From Vicugna vicugna (Eukaryota): a DNA stretch of 64,000 bases. Below are positions 50,878 to 64,000 of the stretch, in pieces (positions within the stretch are counted from its first letter, which is position 1; every line of letters starts with the position of its first letter). The notes beneath the pieces were generated by a model. The model saw nothing but the letters and a program-made list of their open reading frames with translations. It searched no databases and was not told where the DNA came from. The stretch covers positions 9,465,720-9,529,719 of the forward strand of contig MU058065.1 in the NCBI GenBank assembly GCA_013265495.1, in the 5' to 3' direction. The position numbers and the translations under genes were made by a program.

Positions 50878-51269
50878 TTCACCAAAGTAATATTTATTGA
50901 TCATTGAAATGAGGAAAATATGTGCTAGTTGCTATAGAAAGTACAATATTGTAAAAGACAGTTTTTGTTTTCTGGATGCTTATTATAATCTGAAAAGAGA
51001 AATAAGACAGGGACACATATAACTACAATATTAAGTAGAATAGAATATGCAAACCTAGATTTTAGTACCACTGTGGGTCAGAAGAAAGTGAATTAACTTT
51101 TGGAAGGGTTGATCAGGAAGGTTTTTAAGGAGATTTTGGATTTAAATTGGGTCTGGAAAGATTGGCTGGATTTCAACTGATGTAAAAGAGGAACAAAAAT
51201 ATCTTTGGCCAAATTTCTGAGAGAAGATAGAGACCATGTCCCCCACCGACCACACACACTAGATAGCCT

Positions 51270-51965
51270 TTATTTTAACACTTTTATTGTGGTAAGATTC
51301 CTGTACAGTAAACTACACACATTTCAGATGTATAATTTGATGAATTTTGATAGATGTATACACTAATGAAATGACCACCACAATCAAGATAGCTAACATT
51401 TCCATCACTCCCCAAGAGGTGCATTTTGAACTCCCGAATTATTCTTTTCAAACTCCTTCCTCCTGGTAACCAGAAGTTTGTTCTGTATATCTAATGAGTC
51501 TACTTCTGTTTTGTAGATAAGTTCATTTTTCTTTTTAGTTTTTAGGCTCCATGAATACGTGATATTATATGGTATTTTTCTTTCTCTTTCTGGCTTATTT
51601 CACTTAGAATGACAATCTCCAGGTCCATCCATGTTGCTGCAAATGGCATTATTTTATTCTTTTTTATGGCTGAGTACTATTCCATTGTATAAATATATCA
51701 CATCTTCTCGGACCAGTCATCTGTCTATAGACTTTGGGTTGTTTCCATGTCTTGGCTATTGTACTTACTGCTGCTGTGAACAATGGGGTGCAGGTGTCTT
51801 TTCAAATTATATTTTTCTCTGGATTTATGCCCAGGAGTGGGATTGCTGGATCATATAGTAAGTTTGTTTTTAGTTTTTTAAGGAACCTTCACACTATCCT
51901 CCATAGTGGCTGAACCAATTCACATTCCCACCAACAGTGTAAGAGGGTTCCTTTTACTCCACACC
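51270..51965 (-). mobile_element. L1 3' fragments (older L1M plus a younger L1)
   Basis: ttcacttagaatgacaatctccaggtccatccatgttgctgcaaatggc...cattcccaccaacagtgtaagagggttcc. Confidence 0.85.
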
Positions 51966-53079
51966 CGATAGAGGATATGTTTAAAGGAGGGCCATAATCT
52001 AAATGGATTGATGTAAAACAATTTTTGACTTCAGAGATATTAAAAAGTGGGGAGAAATGTAAAAATTAAATCAAGAAGATAGAGTATTTGGTCAGTTTCA
52101 CTGGAATGGCAGGTTTCCAGAAGGTAAACTGATTTAAAAAAATTCAGAAAAGAAGTAGACATATCATGGAGAGTGTCGACTGCCACAGGACATCTGGAAT
52201 CTGCGTCTTTTGACTCTTGCACAGAATTCTCTTCCAGATCTTTCTTTTCTTCTTATCACAAGCTGTTAGAATTTAGGAAGAGATCAGATAAACTGGTCTT
52301 GAAGCATTAAAGTCTGTATTCTGGAGTCCTTACCCTATTGATGTCTTGAAAGCTGCTGACCCATTTTGGCAGGCTCTCCCATTACACTTTTTTTTTCCAT
52401 AAAGAGACAAACATTTCATATTAGTTTATTCATATGCTCAGCAATGTACTAGGCACCAAGGTGTCAGTGGTGAACAAATCTCATCCTTACATGCTCATGG
52501 CCTAGTTACTAGAATTTCCAGTGTCTTCTCCCCCTTTCCCAGACATCATCACTGTCAAATTTGTTGGCCTATTAACCATCAAAAATGTCCATCACCTCGA
52601 CATCGCATTCTGCTGTCTTGGCATTGTTTCTCGTTTGTGGCTGTGATTTCCTCTTTGCCTTGCTGAACTCTGATTTCTTGAAATCCCTGTGCCCTTTCTT
52701 AACACCTAGGTGATTTTTTTTTCCTACTGAGCTTTACTTAAAGCAGAGCTATTTATAAATTCACTTTCATTTTCTTTTCATAGCATTTCCATAATTATTT
52801 CATAAAAGAAAAACACATTGGTTTTTGGGTTCCCTTGATATTGATGAGGACATGAAGATGATGAAGAAGCATGGGTGGACTCAGAAATATGCCAATATCT
52901 GCTACAGAAAATGCTTACAACAATAAACACAAGTGGGTTTTAGAATCAGGCATGAAGCTTAGTATACACATTTAGGATTTTTCATCTTTTTGAGGAATTT
53001 ACTGTGATGAAATATTCCCCCTTATCTCTGATAATACTCCTTCTGGAATCTACCTGGTCTCTTGTTAACACAGCTATTC

Positions 53080-53508
53080 TAGTAGCCTCCAACATGGTCT
53101 CCATCTCATGGTATGCACACCTTTGTGTAGTCCTCACACTGTGCCAAAATTGGTCTGTGTAACTAATAAAATATGGTAAAAGTAAAGTTATTTCACTTCT
53201 GAGACTAGATGATGAAAGACTATGACTTCTCTCATAGGCCCTGTCTCTTTATTGGATCACTTCCTCTGGGGGGAGTCATGGCATGAGCAGCCCTGTGGAG
53301 AATCCAAGTGAAGACGCTGAAGCCTCTTGCCAACCACCAGGGAAGTGGGCCTGGATGCAGGTCCTCCAGACCCAGCCAAGCCTGGCACCTAGACTGTGAG
53401 AGACCCTGAAAAAGAAAACCTGGAATCCTGATGCACAGAAACTGAGATAACAAATGTTCGTTGTTGCATCTGAGGTCACTTGTTATGCAGCAATGGATAA
53501 CTTATACA
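53080..53508 (+). mobile_element. MaLR solo LTR (MLT1F-like)
   Basis: cacttctgagactag...gcagccctgtggaga...tgttatgcagcaatggataacttataca; tctag on both flanks. Confidence 0.75.
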
Positions 53509-53539
53509 TCTAGCTTTCTTTTGATTAATACTTTCATGG

Positions 53540-54102
53540 TGTTTTGAGGGTCCCAAGCCACCCCTATTTCGGTGATTGGCCAAAAGGACTCACAAGACTC
53601 AAGAGAAGGGTTATATTTCCAGCTAAAGTTCATTACAGCAGAGGATACAGAGCAAAGCAGCAGGAAAGGGGCTTTCATTGGGCAGAGTCCTCAGAGGTCC
53701 AGCACAGGCTTCGGAGTCCCTCACCAGAGGCCACACAGGATGTGCTTTCTCTCTCGCAGCAAACTGTGGAACCACATGTGAAATGTCTCTACCCAGCGAG
53801 CCCTGCTGGAGTCTCAGGGTCCACGGCTTTTCTTTGGCGTGCTGGTCACGTAAGCGTATCTTGCTACGCAACCAGCCATGGCAACTGAAACGCAGGGCAG
53901 TGAAACCAGGTGCACCTCGTTCATCCTGATACTTGTGCAAAGCAATCTGACAAGCTGACATAGCACAGCCCATTGCTCCAGGTGGACATAACAAAATCAT
54001 CATGTTCCCAGCAGCTCGTCAAGGGTCATTCATGGTCCAGGTTCTCTTGGAAACATGCAAGGAACAAGCAGCCAGACCGGCTCTGTTAACTCTTTCCTTA
54101 CA
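53540..54102 (-). mobile_element. ERV LTR of the MER21 group (MER77/MER68-like)
   Basis: Reverse strand starts tgtaaggaaagagttaacagag; aaggactcacaagactca and ggctggtcacgta-like motifs. Confidence 0.65.
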
Positions 54103-54350
54103 AAAGATGGCCAACAGTTAGCATCAACCACCAAATATGTAGCTAAATGAGACTTCAGAAAATTCCAGCCTCCAGGCTTCAAGTCTTCCAGCTCAGGCCC
54201 TAGACATTGTGCAGCAGAATGAAGCATTCCCTGCTGTGCTCTGTCAGAATCGCTGATTCAAAGAAATGATAAGAAAGAATAAATGATTACTGTTTGAAGC
54301 CACCAAGCTTTGGAGGTGGTCTGTTCTACAGCAATAGATAAATAATACAG
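54103..54350 (+). mobile_element. MLT1G/H-like LTR 3' part
   Basis: tcttccagctcaggccctagacattgtg...aagccaccaagctttggaggtgg...cagcaatagataaataataca. Confidence 0.7.
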
Positions 54351-54572
54351 GGTAATATTTTCTTGCTTCTTTACAAGCCTGGCAATTTTTATTGAATGGA
54401 TTTTATGTTGTGGGGCACTGAATTTTGTTGTGTTTCATTTAATAGTGTTAGATTTTGTTTATTGTTACTAGGAATTTGTAGGATCCTTTTAAGGGCTGCT
54501 TTTAAGTTTGCTAGGGTCCAGAGCAGCCTTTAGCTTGAAGTTAATTTATTGCCACTACTAAGGTGACAGTAT

Positions 54573-54772
54573 CAGGAACTAACAAACTTTCGGTAAGGGA
54601 CACAAAGTAAAACCTGTAGGCTTTGCAGGCCGTATGTAATCTCTGTTGCATGTTTTCCTTTGTGCACTTTTACAGTCCTTTAAAAATATAAAATCATTCT
54701 TAGTTTGCAAGCCATTCAAAAACAAATCTATGGGCTAGACTTGGCCTGTGGGCTATAGTCTGCCAACCCCTG
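54573..54772 (+). mobile_element. MER58A/C-like MITE inside an old L1 (about 54350-55260)
   Basis: aacaaacttt...taggctttgcaggcc...ttggcctgtgggctatagtctgccaacccctg. Confidence 0.75.
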
Positions 54773-55464
54773 CCCTGTGTGACGTCCTCTGCATGAAGAG
54801 GTCTTTCCAGAAACTGGCTGAAAGGAGCTCCAGGAACTTTTCTGCCCATTCATTCTCAGGGTTCTCTCCCTAGCCCTGGGTGGTTTCCTCTCATGCATGT
54901 GCAGATTAGCATTCAGCCAAAGACTTGAAGGGACCTTTCTCCAAATTCCTCTCGGCGCAGCCCCCTCCTCTCTGGCACTCTTCTACAAATCCTAGCTGTC
55001 ACGGCCTCTCTGAACTCCGCTCTCTCTCTTTTCCACGTTCTGTGTGGGTCCCCTTCCTGTGTCGCAGCCTGGAAACGGCCTCGAGGAAGTAAGCTGGTTT
55101 GATTGCAGGAGTCACCTTCTTTGTTTCCCTCCTCCCAGGGTCACAGGCCTGTGCTACTTGGTTGTCAATATTTTCAAAACCATTGTTTCAAAAATGTTTT
55201 CTAGTTGCTTCAGGTGGGAGGTTAAATTCAATCCCTTTACTTTATCTTGGAAAGAATCTTTATATTTGAATTAAGTTAGTATTAACGGTCATGTTCTGTT
55301 TGCTTACACATACTTACTTCTATGTGTTGGTTTCTACTTATATTGAACATAATTTCTAACAGGAACTATTTAGTTCTATTTAATGTCCTCACTGTTAAAC
55401 ATAGCACCGTGTTCTCACACATGTAGATCATCATAAATGCCATTGATAAAAGCTGTATGTCAGG

Positions 55465-56145
55465 GACCACAGACTTACAAGGTTTCTAGTTGAGACAACT
55501 CTTAAAGGATCAAGCTGATCCTAGTCCATCTCTAACCATCTACAGAATTTTCCTCTTTAACATCCTTAGAAGTAAACATGTGCTTCTGAGGGCCATACTC
55601 TACTTTTTAAGATAGCCTGTTTCATTCTTGGCCAGCAGAGAATTATTGTCAGAAAACATACATTTTAATGAGCTAAAATTTAATTCCTTATAACACTGAC
55701 TTTTTAGTTCTTACTGATTTTGTGTTTAACCTAAATCCAGGGGATCTTTTCTTACCAAGTCCTTTTAACTCTCATTGTGCGTTACTGATTCAGTCTACAA
55801 ATATGTGCTGTGATGGGCTCTGTGCTGAGCTCGGGGTTGCAGGGGTGAGAAAAAGGAGGTCATGTCCAGGCCTCAGGCATCGTTCAGTTTGGTGGGACAG
55901 TTAGAGAGCAATCAAAGGAATAAACATGCACACGAGTGAAGTGACAGTGTGATATGTGCCAGTAGGCAGCATGCTGTGGTGACACTACATACAGGAGGAC
56001 CTGACCTGATCAGGGAAATTAGGGAGGACATCCTTGTAGACATGTGAGTTGGGATCTGAAAGCAAAGTAGGAGATAATCAGACAAAAGGGGTAAGAGCCT
56101 CCAGAAAGAGAGGACAGCCTGGATAAAGGAACTGGGGCAAAAAAA
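55465..56145 (-). mobile_element. L3/CR1 3' remnant followed by an L2 fragment
   Basis: CR1-like agatagcctgtttcattcttgg; L2-like attcagtctacaaatatg...tcagggaaattagggaggacatcc...gagttgggatctgaa. Confidence 0.55.
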
Positions 56146-58897
56146 GAGCAATTGGTGCTAAGTCTAAATAGTAGGACTTTCAGATAACCCTCAAGTATTC
56201 TCCTCACTCACTGAATACACCCAATCTGAGAAAAAACACTGTATTACGGAAAACATGCTTCTGCCTTTTTTGGCAGGGAGGCAGACTTTATTCCAACGGA
56301 AGGAAGTACTTCTGATTGACCTTGCAAATATTATTGTCCCCACTTGAGCTTTTGTGAGCCCTGAAGCTTATAATACATTTTGGAATGTCCTCTTTAAGAC
56401 AAAAAATACAACCGATGAATGCAAAGGTTAGTACAGGGTGTGGAAGATGCCTCCCAAGTGAGAGGCCCTGATGCTGACGCCTCGTTAGTTTCTGAGTTAA
56501 CAAATCTACCTTCTACCTTGCGGTATTCAGACAAAAGGTCCATGACCACTTACTGGTAACGTATCGTGGGAGTCCAGATGCTGTGTAAAATCTGGACTTG
56601 ACAGACAACTAAGTGTCCTCCAAATGCAAAGACTTTGTGTTTACTTGGCTTAAGTCTGAGAATTGAACAGGTCAAAGTTTGACTCTGTAACCTTCACCAC
56701 AGCGGTGTGGTGTGTGGGGCTGAGCGGCTGAACGCGGGTGTGTATCTTTCAGGTTCTCAAATGAATCCGAACGTTAAATGTCTAGTTTTAACCCCTAGCC
56801 GATTGTTTTGTTCTAGCACTCAAATCTCAAACCACAGATTCTGAGCTAAAAAGTCTTCTGAGTAAGAGCTTGGGTTTCATTCCCATGAGAACCAGTGCGT
56901 GTCCACAGAGAACACGTCATGGACGGCTCTGAGGCAGCACCTCCACCCTCTATCCTCCTCTGTTCACGTCACAGCAAATTCCCCTGGTCATGAGGCTCGA
57001 GGAGAGGAGATGGATGTCTTAGTGCGAGTCCCCCATCCCTGCTGCATACACTGCCTGCTTCATTGTCAGAAAAAGAGGGCACAATACAAATAAAGACGCC
57101 CCCCAACCCTGGCCGCCACCCTTCAAACAAAAACAAAAACAACCCTCAGAGTCCGCTGTGCTGTGGATCATTATTGTAAAGCAGGACTAATACTAACAAC
57201 AACGAAGTAACAACAGCTGTGCTGTGACTGAGGGCTTCTGCATTCCCAGGGTAGTCGTCTGGGCTCTTAGAAGACTTTAATTAGAGCTCAGAGGTAGGTG
57301 AGTCGCATGACTAAAGTTCCTGCCATTCTGGTCACCAGAGGAGTAAAATTAGGTGAGGTTAAGTGGTCAACTCGTGGACACCTGGTCATGCTCGGCTGCG
57401 ACTGCTTTTCCAGTCTGTCAGGTTTTTTGGAATCTGCCTCGTTAGCAGCTCTGCCAGGCCCTGTGCCCTTACTTACAGGTGCTGGGTTTGGCGCGAACGT
57501 GTTAACAATGTCAGCTGATTGCCCACGGGTTTGGCCACACCAAGTCTGAACCTGTCTGCTTCTTTTTAGAAGTAAGTCTACAAGGGACATCCCTGAGCCC
57601 AGAAATAACAGACCTGGGGCCAAGCGGAGTGAGTCTGAGTGCCCGCCAGGCGCGGTGCAGAAGCAAGAACAGGGCTTTTCCATAGGAGGTAAATGACTGC
57701 AAGTGGCCCCAAGTTAAAGGTTTTCCGACTGTAATACTTAGGAACAGTTCAAAACCATATTTTTGCTACTTATGTAGTCGTAGAACTACTTCTAAGAAGA
57801 CAGGGAAATTTTAGATCTAGTAAGGAAATGAAAAATAAAGTCCCGCTGAAGGTAAGTGAAGATCTGGAACTTCCCTGTCCTGTGTGTCCCTGCCCACTCA
57901 GACTTCTGCAGTGTCTTTGTTTCGTGCCTGGTGAGGACCGAGCGGTTCTGTCTCGGACAGGGGCTCTGGGATCAGTGAGTTTGCTCACCCTGGATCCAAC
58001 TGTGGCCGATTAGAAATTTCCCAGACTTCCACAGTTACCATTCGTACTGTCCAACCACACGTACGTTGATACAAATCTGCTTCAAACCTACACACTTTTT
58101 CTTTGTACCAACAACTGGAAGATAGGAGAACACTGCTTTCACTTATTAGGCAGAGTGATTGCTTTTTATTTCTCCTAAAACAACACTTTCCAAACTTCAA
58201 TGGCTTTCACTAGGTCTGGCACCCTGAGGTTTGGAGAACCAGGCCCTGTCCACCCAGACTTCATGTTCATAATTTCAAGTGTAATTCTATTCCATCTCAC
58301 TCTCTTTTTCCTGGTCCCACCTGTCCTCATTTCTAAGTCCCTTCTTTCCCTTTAACTTGTCACTGTTTTTCTCCAGGCCTTTTCTCTTTCTTGGATGCCC
58401 CTGTTAAATTGAAATCAGAATTTCACACACTTGTCCATCTTTCACTGTTGTTTCTGTCTGAACACACTCTGATAATTTACTTTCATGCTTTAAAAAAATT
58501 TTTGTGTGTATAAAATTTCCCAGTTTATGGGGTTTTTCGGTCTCAGTACCTAATCAGACTAATATATTTGTTTAGAAAAGAGTTGACAATGACTTCTGGT
58601 GCTTTTCTTAGATTTTAATTGATAGCTCAGAAATAATCTTGTAGGTGAAACATTTTTTCCTCTTGAATTCGGCATTATTATTGCATACACAGAAGCTCAT
58701 TTCTCTTTCTGTTTGCAGTGCCCAGTTCTCTTCTCCTTACTCTTTCATGAGTTGACACTGCACTACCTGGAAAATCAATGGTAGCAATAATTTACCAACA
58801 GCTTAAGTAAAAGTGTTGTCCTGAGACATGGGCTTAGTGAGGGCAGCCTTCAGGACAGCTCCAGGTGGCACATCAGGGGCAGAAGCTGTTTGGTTAG

Positions 58898-59280
58898 TGT
58901 CTTAGTTTGCCAGGGCTGCCATACAAAAGTACCACCGACTGAGTGGCTTAACCAACAGAAATTTATTTTCTAACAATTCTAAAGGCTAGAAGTCGAAGAT
59001 CAAGGTGTTAGCAAGGTTGGTTTCCTTTGAGGCCTCTCTCCTTTCCTTGTAGATGGCCCTCCTCTCCCTGTGTCTTCACATGGTCTCCTCTGTGTGTGTC
59101 TGTGTCCTAATCTCTCTATAAAGATACTGGTCATTGCATTAGGGCCCATTCTAATGACTCATTTTAATCTAATCACCTCTTTATAAAGACCCTATCTCCA
59201 AATACAATCACATCCTGAGGCACTGGGGATTAGGATTTGGGCATATAAATTTAGAGGGGGACATACTTTAGCCTATAACA
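58898..59280 (-). mobile_element. MaLR solo LTR (MLT1B/A-like)
   Basis: tgtcttagtttgccagggctgccata...aaagaccctatctccaaatacaatcacat...tataaca. Confidence 0.9.
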
Positions 59281-61724
59281 GTATATTAACAATTCCTCAT
59301 ATAGCTACTGTATTTCCAGCACCAACAGTTAGCTCCACGTACAGCCCCCAAACCTCAAAGTCTGTGTAAAAGTTAGATTATGGAGCCCCATTGGGTTGAG
59401 ATGTCACAGGCCCCTCCCTTCATTTTACAGACTCTTCATAAAAAATGTAAACACACTGCTTATCTGACTCCCCAAACTGCAGCAGCCCAGTGTATAGAGT
59501 AACCACCAACCAGAAAAAAGACACACTGTGAGGGGCAGGTGTGCCAACCACAGCAGGAAGTGAACTTCAGCATGGAGATGGCAGCAGAAGAACCTTAAAA
59601 GGGCAAAACTGGATTGTCGGTCGCCCCAGAGTGCGATGAGAGCGGACAGTGACAGCAGCCCTGAACTGTCCAGAGTAGGAGATGTTACTTTCAAAAGCCT
59701 GTAGTAGAAGGCTGTGGAAATTTTCCCATAAAATATAGTGAAAACTGGGCATTTGAAGGAGATAAACTTCAGTTATTAGAGTAATTCACCTATGCAAAAT
59801 TAAAATTTCCTAGTTCTACTGGATAAATACTTCTTTCTATAGATGACAGACAAGGTCCTGCCTGGATTTCATGAAGGTTTTGCTAAAATCCCGAACACAA
59901 GCATGTGAAACAAAGGCTCTGGGATCAGGGTCTTTCTGTCCCGATGGTCCTTGGGTTTAGGCTTAACCTCCCAGTGAGGCTTAACAGGCAGTCACTGAGA
60001 TTAGCTAGCAGTTTTCAAAGATGTTTATCAGACAACTTTTAATTTAAACCATCCCCCCTGTAGGGTGCAGTGAATTAATATTTTAATAACTCCTATAATG
60101 CTTTTATGAATACTGCAATTATATGGCATTGTATTTCGTGTGTATGATGCTTAGTGAAAACATTTAAAACACACTACTATTTTTATAATGTTGTTTTGGC
60201 ATTTCCTCATGTTTTAGTATACCAGGTGCCTCAAACCTGAGAGCAACGTGAACATTTCCTGGTTCTGAGGCCTGTATTGCAATGCACTGGGTACTCAGCC
60301 TCAACCTCCCCTGAATCATCTCCAGTTTGCACTTGGTGCTTCTGACCACCTTCTGTCTCCTATTATAGTTATTTATGAAGCTGTTTTATATGTCTTACAA
60401 GATGTGAGCTTAATTTCCCAATGGCCAACCCCCAACCCCATGGTAAAAGTACCTAGTCTTTATTTTCTACTTGTTAAACCATTTGTGGCATTTGTTGCAG
60501 ATGCCTTACAAGGTTACCCTCAGGTCCTGCCCTGCACTCAGAGGAAGATCACCCAGAATGCTCTGCTAGAGTTTGTACAGGTCATGGCCGTGGTGTGCTG
60601 GGAAACACAGGTTTCTACGGTGGGCAGTGAGAAGGAAGGCCTGATTCCTAGTGTTTGCTGGTTCTAGACCTCACTGAATGTGGATCTGGGAAATGTACAA
60701 AATTGGCTCTTGCTGGCCAATCAGACTTCAGAAAGTCCCAGCGCATCACTGACTCACACCTGAGGGACACTGAGAAATGCTATCCTGTAAGGAATGGAGA
60801 AGCACACTGAATCCCTCTCCCCCTGCACAAGGCAAGCCTGCAGTACACATTCACAAGACTGTCTCCCTTTCCAGGTTTGCCTCCTCCCACCCCTCGCCAA
60901 CTAACTGCACAAGATCTTGACCAACCTTGAAATAGCTTTAAAGTCATGGGCAATGAGTCATAAAATGGATCTACTTGGACGTTTCTTAAGGGTCACTAAG
61001 AAGAAGGCAGTTCAAAACTCTCAGAATTAGTAATGTGTACATACAGGCTGACTTTAGGGTTATAGTCTTTAACCCTCCAAATTATCTTTTTCTAGTACTT
61101 ACTCAATTTCCTACCCCTTTGCATGCATACACACTCACTTAGACACGTGCTAAGGTGTCTGTGACTCAGCAGTTTTTATCAATGAGAGGCAGTGGTACCA
61201 ATCCCTCCCCATCCTACCTCCTCTCTCCCACTTCCATACACCAGACTGAGCAGATTTCAAACTTCTTTAATCAGGGATTTTGGCTTACTCTTCTATCTCC
61301 CAATATGATGTTTTATTCTCAACAGATAGTCAAAAAGTATTTAAGTTAACTTTCATTTTATGTAGTATATGAGAAATACCTTTTTTCCTCTGACTACAGG
61401 TGCTCATAAATATTTACTAATTCTTGCATGAGCAAGTTGAGATCATTTCTAATCTAAAGCGAACTTTCTGTTCTTAGGAGAACAAGTTTTTCTGACTTAG
61501 CCAATAAAGTCTAGCCTTGGTCTACCTCATCTTTGTTACAATAACTAGCATGTAGCTGTCTACCTCCCACAGCCAGACTTCCCTAAGTTGCCACAGTCTC
61601 AAAAGCCTTAGCCAGTGATGACCCAGATCCTAGGCTTAGCCATGCTGGTTTCTGGGGCTTGAGGAGTGAGAAAAATCTGAGTCTTAAAAACAAACTCGCT
61701 AAAAAGATGATAGTGAACAAAGAC

Positions 61725-62395
61725 AGACAATAACAACTATTAGTGAGGAGGTAGGGAAACTAGATGCCTCATAAATTGCAGGCAAGAATGTGAAATGGTA
61801 CAACCGCTTTGGAAAATAGTTTGGCAGTTTCTAAAAAGTTAAACTTAAACTTGCTATAGGACCCAGCAATCCTACTCCGACGTACCTACCCAAGAGAAAT
61901 GAAAATGTGTGTCTGTACAAAGGCATGTATAGAAATGTTCATAGCAGGTTTATTAGTGCCACACTGCAAAAAATCCAAATGTCTATCAACTGGTGGATGA
62001 CAATACAAAATGTGGTATTTCCATACAATGAGATACTCTGCAGTGACAAAAAGTAAAGACGTACCGACACATGCTACGAAGTTGAAGAGCCCCGTAACAG
62101 TAACGTTATGCTAAGTGAAAGATGCCAGACACAGAAAACTCCATGTGGGATGATTCCATTTATTTGAGAAGTTTGGGAAAGGCCAATGAATGAGAGACAG
62201 AGAGCAGAATGATGGCTGTCTGGGGGCAGGGGACAGGAACAAGGACTGACTACAAATGGACAAAGGATCTTTCTGGGGTGATAGGAAGTTTGCACATTTT
62301 GCACAACTGTAAATTTAGTAAAAATCATTAAATGTTATGCTTAAAAATGGGTGAATTTTATGCTGTTAATTATAATTCATTAAAGCTCTTACAAA
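61725..62395 (+). mobile_element. L1MB-type 3' end
   Basis: aatggtacaaccgctttggaaaatagtttggcagtttct...gctaagtgaaagatgccagacac. Confidence 0.85.
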
Positions 62396-63349
62396 AACCA
62401 ACACAACATAATAGAGGCCTTTGTTAATTCCATTTAACCACTGGTTTTCCTGGCCTGATTACGAATCCCAACATGGCTATGTGGGATGTACGTCACATCT
62501 TATTTTATTAGTAGATGAGAAGAGTGACTAAATATGTTGCTGGAGGAGGCACGGAGTAGATCAGGCCCAACAAATCCACAGATGCACTGACAGATTTTTT
62601 TTTCGCTATGGGCATACTGGTCACATCGCCTGCAGGGAAGGACATGGCTGATTCATTGAGTAGCCATCCTTCATTCCATGTAGCTGGCCATGGGAGGGAT
62701 GAAGTTCTTGTGTGTCATCTGCGTGCTGGGGAAACTGTATTGGATATGGGGTATTACACTATCTTAATCCCAGAAGACAAAAGATACCCCTTGTTAAACT
62801 GGAGCTAGTCTTGCCTTAAAGGATGAGATCATTTCTTTGACCACTAATCTTTTTCTTACCAAATGCCCTCTCTTTGGGCCACAACAGAATAGGAAGCCCA
62901 TAGGGAACCTTCTGGTTTTAACTTGGGCTCTTGATGTGGCTTTTGAAGAATATCCTGGAACTTGCTCCAGAATAGCCAAATATCAGATGGCAATTCCCAG
63001 AAGGGGACCAGCTAAGAGTGGGGAGAGCAGGAACACTGGCAAGGAGTCTATGATACTGTTCCAGGCCCAGGGGGAAAAAATACACTATTTTTTTGTCCAT
63101 CAAACAGGCAAACTGGAAAATTAGGAAGTATACACGTCTAATTTGGAGTTCTTAGAAAAATAATTGGCCTGAGAGTATAGGCTGGGTGGCTTAATTCACT
63201 TCCAGCAATACCTCAAAGAGGGTTTCACCCTGGTGGTCCAGTTCCACTGCCCTGTGGCCCCAGCTACCTTTTCATTTTCACGTCCTTTGATTCTCTTGTG
63301 TGTAACTGATTTTTTAAGGTGTATTCACCGCCTTTCTAAAATAAAAAAA

Positions 63350-64000
63350 AATTATTTTTTTATTATGCTGCGAATACTTTACATGAGATCTACCTTTCTG
63401 AAAAGTTTTTAAGCACACAGTACAGTACTATTAACTGTAGGCATGATGTTGTACATAGATCACCAGCACTTTTTCTTTCGGCATGACTGAAACATTGAAC
63501 AGCAACTCCCCATTTCTCCCTCTCCCAGGACCCTGGCAACCACCATTCTATTCTGTTTCTATGAATTTACTAGTTAAGATATTTCATGTAAGTGGAATCA
63601 TCCATCGGTGTCAGGCTTATTTCATTTAGCATAATTTCCTTCTGGTTCATCCATGTCATCACATTACCTTTTTATTTATGGCTGAATAATATACTCCATT
63701 GTATGTATATACCACATATTCTTTATCCATTCATCTGTCCTGGACATTTAAGTTATTTCTGTATCTTGGCTATTAGGAATAATGCTGCAATAAACATGGG
63801 AAGGCAGATACCTCTTTGAGATCCCAATTTCAATTATTTTGGACAAATACCGAGAAGCAAGGTTGCTAGATTGTGTGGCAGTTCTATTTTTAACTTTCTG
63901 AGGAACGTCCATACTGTTTTCTATGGCATTTGCATCATATGACATTCCCACCAACACGGGTTCTCTTTTCTCTACATTCTCACCAGTTGTTATCTTTCGT
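63350..64000 (-). mobile_element. L1MA-type 3' end, running off the window edge
   Basis: ccctggcaaccaccattcta...ggctgaataatatactccattgtatgtatataccacat...cattcccaccaacac. Confidence 0.9.

Noticed and set aside
1..64000. The six-frame ORFs (60-181 aa) as protein-coding genes
   Set aside because: None resembles a protein family I recognise. Many start at non-ATG codons, overlap on both strands or lie within repeats, as expected by chance in mammalian non-coding DNA.
1..64000. A novel multi-gene system, CRISPR array or operon
   Set aside because: There is no gene-dense architecture and no regularly spaced repeat-spacer array; the sequence is mammalian intronic or intergenic DNA.

Overview
This is AT-rich, repeat-dense mammalian genomic DNA, not prokaryotic. 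It is most likely from a camelid (camel/alpaca/llama): six copies of the camelid tRNA-derived SINE (vic-1 type) are present. I recognise no protein-coding gene, RNA gene, CRISPR array or operon. The supplied ORFs look like chance frames in intronic or intergenic DNA and transposon remnants. Most of the window is explained by decayed L1, L2, L3/CR1 and MIR fragments, MaLR/ERVL LTRs and hAT/Tigger MITEs. Repeat family names were assigned by eye from remembered consensus motifs, so boundaries and subfamilies are approximate. I found no evidence of a novel multi-gene system. The best observations are small-scale: (i) a 91-bp segment of an MLT1 LTR inverted between perfect 18-bp inverted repeats (template-switch signature); (ii) a polyadenylated non-coding fragment retroposed into an old L1; (iii) a poly(A)-only insertion with a 16-bp target-site duplication (TSD); (iv) a consensus CTCF site; (v) a few candidate exons and enhancer motif clusters in repeat-poor stretches.
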